From Utricularia gibba (lineage: Eukaryota > Plantae > Magnoliophyta), in contig NEEC01000484.1 of NCBI GenBank assembly GCA_002189035.1, positions 1 to 29,955 of the forward strand: a stretch of 29,955 nucleotides of DNA, read 5' to 3'. The notes below the pieces were generated by a model. The model made no database searches, was not told the DNA's origin, and was given only the letters and a program-made list of their open reading frames with translations. Positions 13,335 through 25,291 of this stretch are shown here, piece after piece; within the stretch, counting starts at the first letter, position 1, and every line of letters begins with the position of its first letter. The position numbers were made by a program, and so were the translations under genes.

Positions 13335-13349
13335 CCCAACTTTAAATGG
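13335..13349 (+). other. Same 13-bp deletion allele, HOR copy 11 (junction 13340/13341)
   Basis: The junction CCCAAC|TTTAAATGG is identical to the one in copy 9. Confidence 0.88.
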
Positions 13350-14575
13350 CAAGCTATTGCTTGACAAACCATGTGGGCAGCCGCCGACAACCCAACGTTA
13401 ATAAATGCATCACTTCTTTTGCCGGGCTACAGCTGACTTTGGGCTCAAGCCCGACCCGAATCCGGCCCGATCTCGGTGACCCACAAAAGCGCCTTGTCAA
13501 GTGTAAAGCATGCTGTTGAAAAAACCATTTGGGTGGTCATGAGATCCTAACTTCAATAAAGGCATCACGATTTACGTCGAATGGATCGGATTGTGCTGTG
13601 AAGTCAGACCGATCCTTGGGTCCGGACGAAGTTCCCAACAACAGCACCCGCAAAAAAACGACAACTTTTCCTCGAAAAAAGCATGTAGGCAGCCGCCGAA
13701 AACCCAACGTTAATAAATGCATCACTTTTTTGGCCGGGCTACAAATGACTATGGGCCAGAGCGCGACTCGACCATTTGCTCGATACTAGTGCCAGCCTAG
13801 AGCGCCTCCTCAAATATAAATCAGGTTGTTGAGAAAACCATTTGGGGTGCTCATGACATCCTAACTTCAAAAAATGCATCACGATTTTCATCGAGTAGCA
13901 CCCGATTGGGCTCAGGAGCCAGACCGAACCTTGGGCCCTTACAAAGCTGCCAACGACAGCACCCGCCTTAAAATGGCAAGCTATTGCTTGAAAAACCATT
14001 CAGGCAGCCGCCGAAAACCCAACGTTGATAAATGCATCACTTATTTTCCGGGCTACAACTGACTATGGGCCATAGCCCGACCCGACCTCTGGCCCAATCC
14101 CGAAACCCCCCAAGAGCGCCTTCTGAAATATAAAGTAGAGTGTTGAGAAAACCCGTTGGGGTTCTCATGACATCCTAACTAAAGCAAATGCATTACGATT
14201 TCGTCGAGTACGACCCGATTGGGCTTAGTAGCCAGACCGAATCTCGGGGCCCTGACAAAGCTCCCAACTACAGCACCCACCTTAAAACGGCAAGCTGTTG
14301 CTTGAAAAACCATTTAGGCAGCCGCCGAAAACCCATCGTTGATAAATGCATCACTTATTTTCCGGGCTACAACTGACTATTGGCCTGAGCCCGACCCGAC
14401 CTCTGGCCCAATCCCGAAACCCTCCGAGGGCGCCTTCTCAAATATATAGCAGAGTGTTGAGAAAACCCATTGGGGTTCTCATGACATCCTAACTACATCA
14501 AATGCGTTACGATTTTCGTCGAGTGCGACCCGATTGGGCTTAGTAGCCAGACCGAATCTCGGGCCGGACAAAGCT

Positions 14576-14590
14576 CCCAACTTTAAATGG
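14576..14590 (+). other. Same 13-bp deletion allele, HOR copy 12 (junction 14581/14582)
   Basis: The junction CCCAAC|TTTAAATGG is identical to the ones in copies 9 and 11. Confidence 0.88.
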
Positions 14591-17500
14591 CAAGCTATTG
14601 CTTGACAAACCATGTGGGCAGCCGCCGACAACCCAACGTTAATAAATGCATCACTTCTTTTGCCGGGCTACAGCTGACTTTGGGCTCAAGCCCGACCCGA
14701 ATCCGGCCCGATCTCGGTGACCCACAAAAGCGCCTTGTCAAGTGTAAAGCATGCTGTTGAAAAAACCATTTGGGGTGGTCATGAGATCCTAACTTCAATA
14801 AAGGGTCACGATTTACGTCGAATGGGATCGGATTGTGCTGTGAAGTCAGACCGATCCTTGGGTCCGGACGAAGTTCCCAAACAACAGCACCCGCAAAAAA
14901 ACGACAACTTTTCCTCGAAAAAAGCATGTAGGCAGCCGCCGAAAACCCAACGTTAATAAATGCATCACTTTTTTGGCCGGGCTACAAATGACTATGGGCC
15001 AGAGCGCGACTCGACCATTTGCTCGATACTAGTGCCAGCCTAGAGCGCCTCCTCAAATATAAATCAGGTTGTTGAGAAAACCATTTGGGGTGCTCATGAC
15101 ATCCTAACTTCAAAAAATGCATCACGATTTTCATCGAGTAGCACCCGATTGGGCTCAGGAGCCAGACCGAACCTTGGGCCCTTACAAAGCTGCCAACGAC
15201 AGCACCCGCCTTAAAATGGCAAGCTATTGCTTGAAAAACCATTCAGGCAGCCGCCGAAAACCCAACGTTGATAAATGCATCACTTATTTTCCGGGCTACA
15301 ACTGACTATGGGCCATAGCCCGACCCGACCTCTGGCCCAATCCCGAAACCCCCCAAGAGCGCCTTCTGAAATATAAAGTAGAGTGTTGAGAAAACCCGTT
15401 GGGGTTCTCATGACATCCTAACTAAAGCAAATGCATTACGATTTCGTCGAGTACGACCCGATTGGGCTTAGTAGCCAGACCGAATCTCGGGCCCTGACAA
15501 AGCTCCCAACTACAGCACCCACCTTAAAACGGCAAGCTGTTGCTTGAAAAACCATTTAGGCAGCCGCCGAAAACCCATCGTTGATAAATGCATCACTTAT
15601 TTTCCGGGCTACAACTGACTATTGGCCTGAGCCCGACCCGACCTCTGGCCAATCCCGAAACCCTCCGAGGGCGCCTTCTCAAATATATAGCAGAGTGTTG
15701 AGAAAACCCATTGGGGTTCTCATGACATCCTAACTACATCAAATGCGTTACGATTTTCGTCGAGTGCGACCCGATTGGGCTTAGTAGCCAGACCGAATCT
15801 CGGGCCGGACAAAGCTCCCAACGACAGCACCCGACTTTAAATGGCAAGCTATTGCTTGACAAACCATGTGGGCAGCCGCCGACAACCCAACGTTAATAAA
15901 TGCATCACTTCTTTTGCCGGGCTACAGCTGACTTTGGGCTCAAGCCCGACCCGAATCCGGCCCGATCTCGGTGACCCACAAAAGCGCCTTGTCAAGTGTA
16001 AAGCATGCTGTTGAAAAAACCATTTGGGGTGGTCATGAGATCCTAACTTCAATAAAGGCATCACGATTTACGTCGAATGGGATCGGATTGTGCTGTGAAG
16101 TCAGACCGATCCTTGGGTCCGGACGAAGTTCCCAACAACAGCACCCGCAAAAAAACGACAACTTTTCCTCGAAAAAAGCATGTAGGCAGCCGCCGAAAAC
16201 CCAACGTTAATAAATGCATCACTTTTTTGGCCGGGCTACAAATGACTATGGGCCAGAGCGCGACTCGACCATTTGCTCGATACTAGTGCCAGCCTAGAGC
16301 GCCTCCTCAAATATAAATCAGGTTGTTGAGAAAACCATTTGGGGTGCTCATGACATCCTAACTTCAAAAAATGCATCACGATTTTCATCGAGTAGCACCC
16401 GATTGGGCTCAGGAGCCAGACCGAACCTTGGGCCCTTACAAAGCTGCCAACGACAGCACCCGCCTTAAAATGGCAAGCTATTGCTTGAAAAACCATTCAG
16501 GCAGCCGCCGAAAACCCAACGTTGATAAATGCATCACTTATTTTCCGGGCTACACTGACTATGGGCCATAGCCCGACCCGACCTCTGGCCCAATCCCGAA
16601 ACCCCCGAGCGCCTTCTGAAATATAAAGTAGAGTGTTGAGAAAACCCGTTGGGGTTCTCATGACATCCTAACTAAAGCAAATGCATTACGATTTCGTCGA
16701 GTACGACCCGATTGGGCTTAGTAGCCAGACCGAATCTCGGGCCCTGACAAAGCTCCCAACTACAGCACCCACCTTAAAACGGCAAGCTGTTGCTTGAAAA
16801 ACCATTTAGGCAGCCGCCGAAAACCCATCGTTGATAAATGCATCACTTATTTTCCGGGCTACAACTGACTATTGGCCTGAGCCCGACCCGACCTCTGGCC
16901 CAATCCCGAAACCCTCCGAGGGCGCCTTCTCAAATATATAGCAGAGTGTTGAGAAAACCCATTGGGGTTCTCATGACATCCTAACTACATCAAATGCGTT
17001 ACGATTTTCGTCGAGTGCGACCCGATTGGGCTTAGTAGCCAGACCGAATCTCGGGCCGGACAAAGCTCCCAACGACAGCACCCGCTTTAAATGGCAAGCT
17101 ATTGCTTGACAAACCATGTGGGCAGCCGCCGACAACCCAACGTTAATAAATGCATCACTTTCTTTTGCCGGGCTACAGCTGACTTTGGGCTCAAGCCCGA
17201 CCCGAATCCGGCCCGATCTCGGTGACCCACAAAAGCGCCTTGTCAAGTGTAAAGCATGCTGTTGAAAAAACCATTTGGGGTGGTCATGAGATCCTAACTT
17301 CAATAAAGGCATCACGATTTACGTCGAATGGGATCGGATTGTGCTGTGAAGTCAGACCGATCCTTGGGTCCGGACGAAGTTCCCAACAACAGCACCCGCA
17401 AAAAAACGACAACTTTTCCTCGAAAAAAGCATGTAGGCAGCCGCCGAAAACCCAACGTTAATAAATGCATCACTTTTTTGGCCGGGCTACAAATGACTAT

Positions 17501-20078
17501 GGGCCAGAGCGCGACTCGACCATTTGCTCGATACTAGTGCCAGCCTAGAGCGCCTCCTCAAATATAAATCAGGTTGTTGAGAAAACCATTTGGGGTGCTC
17601 ATGACATCCTAACTTCAAAAAATGCATCACGATTTTCATCGAGTAGCACCCGATTGGGCTCAGGAGCCAGACCGAACCTTGGGCCCTTACAAAGCTGCCA
17701 ACGACAGCACCCGCCTTAAAATGGCAAGCTATTGCTTGAAAAACCATTCAGGCAGCCGCCGAAAACCCAACGTTGATAAATGCATCACTTATTTTCCGGG
17801 CTACAACTGACTATGGGCCATAGCCCGACCCGACCTCTGGCCCAATCCCGAAACCCCCAAGAGCGCCTTCTGAAATATAAAGTAGAGTGTTGAGAAAACC
17901 CGTTGGGGTTCTCATGACATCCTAACTAAAGCAAATGCATTACGATTTCGTCGAGTACGACCCGATTGGGCTTAGTAGCCAGACCGAATCTCGGGCCCTG
18001 ACAAAGCTCCCAACTACAGCACCCACCTTAAAACGGCAAGCTGTTGCTTGAAAAACCATTTAGGCAGCCGCCGAAAACCCATCGTTGATAAATGCATCAC
18101 TTATTTTCCGGGCTACAACTGACTATTGGCCTGAGCCCGACCCGACCTCTGGCCCAATCCCGAAACCCTCCGAGGGCGCCTTCTCAAATATATAGCAGAG
18201 TGTTGAGAAAACCCATTGGGGTTCTCATGACATCCTAACTACATCAAATGCGTTACGATTTTCGTCGAGTGCGACCCGATTGGGCTTAGTAGCCAGACCG
18301 AATCTCGGGCCGGACAAAGCTCCCAACGACAGCACCCGCTTTAAATGGCAAGCTATTGCTTGACAAACCATGTGGGCAGCCGCCGACAACCCAACGTTAA
18401 TAAATGCATCACTTCTTTTGCCGGGCTACAGCTGACTTTGGGCTCAAGCCCGACCCGAATCCGGCCCGATCTCGGTGACCCACAAAAGCGCCTTGTCAAG
18501 TGTAAAGCATGCTGTTGAAAAAACCATTTGGGTGGTCATGAGATCCTAACTTCAATAAAGGTCACGATTTACGTCGAATGGGATCGGATTGTGCTGTGAA
18601 GTCAGACCGATCCTTGGGTCCGGACGAAGTTCCCAACAACAGCACCCGCAAAAAAACGACAACTTTTCCTCGAAAAAAGCATGTAGGCAGCCGCCGAAAA
18701 CCCAACGTTAATAAATGCATCACTTTTTTGGCCGGGCTACAAATGACTATGGGCCAGAGCGCGACTCGACCATTTGCTCGATACTAGTGCCAGCCTAGAG
18801 CGCCTCCTCAAATATAAATCAGGTTGTTGAGAAAACCATTTGGGGTGCTCATGACATCCTAACTTCAAAAAATGCATCACGATTTTCATCGAGTAGCACC
18901 CGATTGGGCTCAGGAGCCAGACCGAACCTTGGGCCCTTACAAAGCTGCCAACGACAGCACCCGCCTTAAAATGGCAAGCTATTGCTTGAAAAACCATTCA
19001 GGCAGCCGCCGAAAACCCAACGTTGATAAATGCATCACTTATTTTCCGGGCTACAACTGACTATGGGCCATAGCCCGACCCGACCTCTGGCCCAATCCCG
19101 AAACCCCCAAGAGCGCCTTCTGAAATATAAAGTAGAGTGTTGAGAAAACCCGTTGGGGTTCTCATGACATCCTAACTAAAGCAAATGCATTACGATTTCG
19201 TCGAGTACGACCCGATTGGGCTTAGTAGCCAGACCGAATCTCGGGCCCTGACAAAGCTCCCAACTACAGCACCCACCTTAAAACGGCAAGCTGTTGCTTG
19301 AAAAACCATTTAGGCAGCCGCCGAAAACCCATCGTTGATAAATGCATCACTTATTTTCCGGGCTACAACTGACTATTGGCCTGAGCCCGACCCGACCTCT
19401 GGCCCAATCCCGAAACCCTCCGAGGGCGCCTTCTCAAATATATAGCAGAGTGTTGAGAAAACCCATTGGGGTTCTCATGACATCCTAACTACATCAAATG
19501 CGTTACGATTTTCGTCGAGTGCGACCCGATTGGGCTTAGTAGCCAGACCGAATCTCGGGCCGGACAAAGCTCCCAACGACAGCACCCGACTTTAAATGGC
19601 AAGCTATTGCTTGAAAAACCATGTGGGCAGCCGCCGACAACCCAACGTTAATAAATGCATCACTTCTTTTGCCGGGCTACAGCTGACTTTGGGCTCAAGC
19701 CCGACCCGAATCCGGCCCGATCTCGGTGACCCACAAAAGCGCCTTGTCAAGTGTAAAGCATGCTGTTGAAAAAACCATTTGGGGTGGTCATGAGATCCTA
19801 ACTTCAATAAAGGCATCACGATTTACGTCGAATGGGATCGGATTGTGCTGTGAAGTCAGACCGATCCTTGGGTCCGGACGAAGTTCCCAACAACAGCACC
19901 CGCAAAAAAACGACAACTTTTCCTCGAAAAAAGCATGTAGGCAGCCGCCGAAAACCCAACGTTAATAAATGCATCACTTTTTTGGCCGGGCTACAAATGA
20001 CTATGGGCCAGAGCGCGACTCGACCATTTGCTCGATACTAGTGCCAGCCTAGAGCGCCTCCTCAAATATAAATCAGGT

Positions 20079-21533
20079 TGTTGAGAAAACCATTTGGGGT
20101 GCTCATGACATCCTAACTTCAAAAAATGCATCACGATTTTCATCGAGTAGCACCCGATTGGGCTCAGGAGCCAGACCGAACCTTGGGCCCTTACAAAGCT
20201 GCCAACGACAGCACCCGCCTTAAAATGGCAAGCTATTGCTTGAAAAACCATTCAGGCAGCCGCCGAAAACCCAACGTTGATAAATGCATCACTTATTTTC
20301 CGGGCTACAACTGACTATGGGCCATAGCCCGACCGACCTCTGCCCAATCCCGAAACCCCCAAGAGCGCCTTCTGAAATATAAAGTAGAGTGTTGAGAAAA
20401 CCCGTTGGGGTTCTCATGACATCCTAACTAAAGCAAATGCATTACGATTTCGTCGAGTACGACCCGATTGGGCTTAGTAGCCAGACCGAATCTCGGGCCC
20501 TGACAAAGCTCCAACTACAGCACCACCTTAAAACGGCAAGCTGTTGCTTGAAAAACCATTTAGGCAGCCGCCGAAAACCCATCGTTGATAAATGCATCAC
20601 TTATTTTCCGGGCTACAACTGACTATTGGCCTGAGCCCGACCCGACCTCTGGCCCAATCCCGAAACCCTCCGAGGCGCCTTCTCAAATATATAGCAGAGT
20701 GTTGAGAAAACCCATTGGGGTTCTCATGACATCCTAACTAATCAAATGCATTACGATTTCGTCGAGTGCGACCCGATTGGGCTTAGTAGCCAGACCGAAT
20801 CTCGGGACAAAGCGTTAAAACGGCAAGCTGTTGCCCATTTAGTCGTTGATAAATGCATCACTTATTTTCCGACAACTGACTATTGGCCTGAGCCCGACCC
20901 GACAATTTTGCAGAGTGTTGAGAAAACCCATTGGGGTTCTCATGACCTACATCAAATGCGTTACGATTTTCGTCGAGTGCGACCCGATTGGGCTTAGTAG
21001 CCAGACCGAATCTCGGGCCGGACAAAGCTCCCAACGACAGCACCCGCTTTAAATGGCAAGCTATTGCTTGAAAACCATGTGGGCAGCCGCCGACAACCCA
21101 ACGTTAATAAATGCATCACTTCTTTTGCCGGGCTACAGCTGACTTGGGCTCAAGCCCGACCCGAATCCGGCCCGATCTCGGTGACCCACAAAAGCGCCTT
21201 GTCAAGTGTAAAGCATGCTGTTGAAAAAACCATTTGGGGTGGTCATGAGATCCTAACTTCAATAAAGGCATCACGATTTTCGTCGAATGGGATCGGATTG
21301 TGCTGTGAAGTCAGACCGATCCTTGGGTCCGGACGAAGTTCCCAACAACAGCACCCGCAAAAAAACGACAACTTTTCCTCGAAAAAAGCATGTAGGCAGC
21401 CGCCGAAAACCCAACGTTAATAAATGCATCACTTTTTTGGCCGGGCTACAAATGACTATGGGCCAGAGCGCGACTCGACCATTTGCTCGATACTAGTGCC
21501 AGCCTAGAGCGCCTCCTCAAATATAAATCAGGT
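20079..21533 (+). repeat. Variant HOR copy 17 (1,455 bp) with an extra, deleted C/B chimeric monomer at 20700-20915
   Basis: Two C-type heads (TGTTGAGAAAACCCATTGGGG) occur, at 20700 and 20916. The 216 bp between them carry B-type tail motifs (TTAAAACGGCAAGCTGTTGC, TCGTTGATAAATG, CTATTGGCCTGAG) with several internal deletions. Confidence 0.88.
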
Positions 21534-24500
21534 TGTTGAGAAAACCATTTGGGGTGCTCATGACATCCTAACTTCAAAAAATGCATCACGATTTTCATCG
21601 AGTAGCACCCGATTGGGCTCAGGAGCCAGACCGAACCTTGGGCCCTTACAAAGCTGCCAACGACAGCACCCGCCTTAAAATGGCAAGCTATTGCTTGAAA
21701 AACCATTCAGGCAGCCGCCGAAAACCCAACGTTGATAAATGCATCACTTATTTTCCGGGCTACAACTGACTATGGGCCATAGCCCGACCCGACCTCTGGC
21801 CCAATCCCGAAACCCCCAAGAGCGCCTTCTGAAATATAAAGTAGAGTGTTGAGAAAACCCGTTGGGGTTCTCATGACATCCTAACTAAAGCAAATGCATT
21901 ACGATTTCGTCGAGTACGACCCGATTGGGCTTAGTAGCCAGACCGAATCTCGGGCCCTGACAAAGCTCCCAACTACAGCACCCACCTTAAAACGGCAAGC
22001 TGTTGCTTGAAAAACCATTTAGGCAGCCGCCGAAAACCCATCGTTGATAAATGCATCACTTATTTTCCGGGCTACAACTGACTATTGGCCTGAGCCCGAC
22101 CCGACCTCTGGCCCAATCCCGAAACCCTCCGAGGGCGCCTTCTCAAATATATAGCAGAGTGTTGAGAAAACCCATTGGGGTTCTCATGACATCCTAACTA
22201 CATCAAATGCGTTACGATTTTCGTCGAGTGCGACCGATTGGGCTTAGTAGCCAGACCGAATCTCGGGCCGGACAAAGCTCCCAACGACAGCACCCGACTT
22301 TAAATGGCAAGCTATTGCTTGACAAACCATGTGGGCAGCCGCCGACAACCCAACGTTAATAAATGCATCACTTCTTTTGCCGGGCTACAGCTGACTTTGG
22401 GCTCAAGCCCGACCCGAATCCGGCCCGATCTCGGTGACCCACAAAAGCGCCTTGTCAAGTGTAAAGCATGCTGTTGAAAAAACCATTTGGGGTGGTCATG
22501 AGATCCTAACTTCAATAAAGGCATCACGATTTTCGTCGAATGGGATCGGATTGTGCTGTGAAGTCAGACCGATCCTTGGGTCCGGACGAAGTTCCCAACA
22601 ACAGCACCCGCAAAAAAACGACAACTTTTCCTCGAAAAAAGCATGTAGGCAGCCGCCGAAAACCCAACGTTAATAAATGCATCACTTTTTTGGCCGGGCT
22701 ACAAATGACTATGGGCCAGAGCGCGACTCGACCATTTGCTCGATACTAGTGCCAGCCTAGAGCGCCTCCTCAAATATAAATCAGGTTGTTGAGAAAACCA
22801 TTTGGGGTGCTCATGACATCCTAACTTCAAAAAATGCATCACGATTTTCATCGAGTAGCACCCGATTGGGCTCAGGAGCCAGACCGAACCTTGGGCCCTT
22901 ACAAAGCTGCCAACGACAGCACCCGCCTTAAAATGGCAAGCTATTGCTTGAAAAACCATTCAGGCAGCCGCCGAAAACCCAACGTTGATAAATGCATCAC
23001 TTATTTTCCGGGCTACAACTGACTATGGGCCATAGCCCGACCCGACCTCTGGCCCAATCCCGAAACCCCCAAGAGCGCCTTCTGAAATATAAAGTAGAGT
23101 GTTGAGAAACCCGTTGGGGTTCTCATGACATCCTAACTAAAGCAAATGCATTACGATTTCGTCGAGTACGACCCGATTGGGCTTAGTAGCCAGACCGAAT
23201 CTCGGGCCCTGACAAAGCTCCCAACTACAGCACCCACCTTAAAACGGCAAGCTGTTGCTTGAAAAACCATTTAGGCAGCCGCCGAAAACCCATCGTTGAT
23301 AAATGCATCACTTATTTTCCGGGCTACAACTGACTATTGGCCTGAGCCCGACCCGACCTCTGGCCCAATCCCGAAACCCTCCGAGGGCGCCTTCTCAAAT
23401 ATATAGCAGAGTGTTGAGAAAACCCATTGGGGTTCTCATGACATCCTAACTACATCAAATGCGTTACGATTTTCGTCGAGTGCGACCCGATTGGGCTTAG
23501 TAGCCAGACCGAATCTCGGGCCGGACAAAGCTCCCAACGACAGCACCCGCTTTAAATGGCAAGCTATTGCTTGAAAAACCATGTGGGCAGCCGCCGACAA
23601 CCCAACGTTAATAAATGCATCACTTCTTTTGCCGGGCTACAGCTGACTTTGGGCTCAAGCCCGACCCGAATCCGGCCCGATCTCGGTGACCCACAAAAGC
23701 GCCTTGTCAAGTGTAAAGCATGCTGTTGAAAAAACCATTTGGGGTGGTCATGAGATCCTAACTTCAATAAAGGTGTCACGATTTTCGTCGAATGGGATCG
23801 GATTGTGCTGTGAAGTCAGACCGAACCTTGGGTCCGGACGAAGTTCCAACAACAGCACCCGCAAAAAAACGACAACTTTTCCTCGAAAAAAGCATGTAGG
23901 CAGCCGCCGAAAACCCAACGTTAATAAATGCATCACTTTTTTGGCCGGGCTACAAATGACTATGGGCCAGAGCGCGACTCGACCATTTGCTCGATACTAG
24001 TGCCAGCCTAGAGCGCCTCCTCAAATATAAATCAGGTTGTTGAGAAAACCATTTGGGGTGCTCATGACATCCTAACTTCAAAAAATGCATCACGATTTTC
24101 ATCGAGTAGCACCCGATTGGGCTCAGGAGCCAGACCGAACCTTGGGCCCTTACAAAGCTGCCAACGACAGCACCCGCCTTAAAATGGCAAGCTATTGCTT
24201 GAAAAACCATTCAGGCAGCCGCCGAAAACCCAACGTTGATAAATGCATCACTTATTTTCCGGGCTACAACTGACTATGGGCCATAGCCCGACCCGACCTC
24301 TGGCCCAATCCCGAAACCCCCAAGAGCGCCTTCTGAAATATAAAGTAGAGTGTTGAGAAAACCCGTTGGGGTTCTCATGACATCCTAACTAAAGCAAATG
24401 CATTACGATTTCGTCGAGTACGACCCGATTGGGCTTAGTAGCCAGACCGAATCTCGGGCCCTGACAAAGCTCCCAACTACAGCACCCACCTTAAAACGGC

Positions 24501-25291
24501 AAGCTGTTGCTTGAAAAACCATTTAGGCAGCCGCCGAAAACCCATCGTTGATAAATGCATCACTTATTTTCCGGGCTACAACTGACTATTGGCCTGAGCC
24601 CGACCCGACCTCTGGCCCAATCCCGAAACCCTCCGAGGGCGCCTTCTCAAATATATAGCAGAGTGTTGAGAAAACCCATTGGGGTTCTCATGACATCCTA
24701 ACTACATCAAATGCGTTACGATTTTCGTCGAGTGCGACCCGATTGGGCTTAGTAGCCAGACCGAACTCGGGCCGGACAAAGCTCCCAACGACAGCACCCG
24801 CCTTTAAATGGCAAGCTGTTGCTTGAAAAAACCATGTGGGCAGCCGCCGACAACCCAACGTTAATAAATGCATCACTTCTTTTGCCGGGCTACAGCTGAC
24901 TTGGGCTCAAGCCCGACCCGAATCCGGCCCGATCTCGGTGACCCACAAAAGCGCCTTGTCAAGTGTAAAGCATGCTGTTGAAAAAACCATTTGGGGTGGT
25001 CATGAGATCCTAACTTCAATAAAGGTGTCACGATTTTCGTCGAATGGGATCGGATTGTGCTGTGAAGTCAGACCGATCCTTGGGTCCGGACGAAGTTCCC
25101 AACAACAGCACCCGCAAAAAAACGACAACTTTTCCTCGAAAAAAGCATGTAGGCAGCCGCCGAAAAACCCAACGTTAATAAATGCATCACTTTTTTGGCC
25201 GGGCTACAAATGACTATGGGCCAGAGCGCGACTCGACCATTTGCTCGATACTAGTGCCAGCCTAGAGCGCCTCCTCAAATATAAATCAGGT

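Noticed and set aside
21276-21292. CENP-B box-like TTTTCGTCGAATGGGA in right-type monomer D (also TTTCGTCGAGTACGAC in B)
   Set aside because: It does not fit the functional core spacing TTCG-N4-A-N2-CGGG: it is 2 bp short and lacks CGGG. I found no reverse-strand match (CCCG-N2-T-N4-CGAA) by eye.
20746-21420. Unusual ORFs unique to the 20.7-21.4 kb and 25.9-26.6 kb regions
   Set aside because: They are by-products of the deletion-riddled chimeric monomers creating new frames and are not evidence of an inserted gene.
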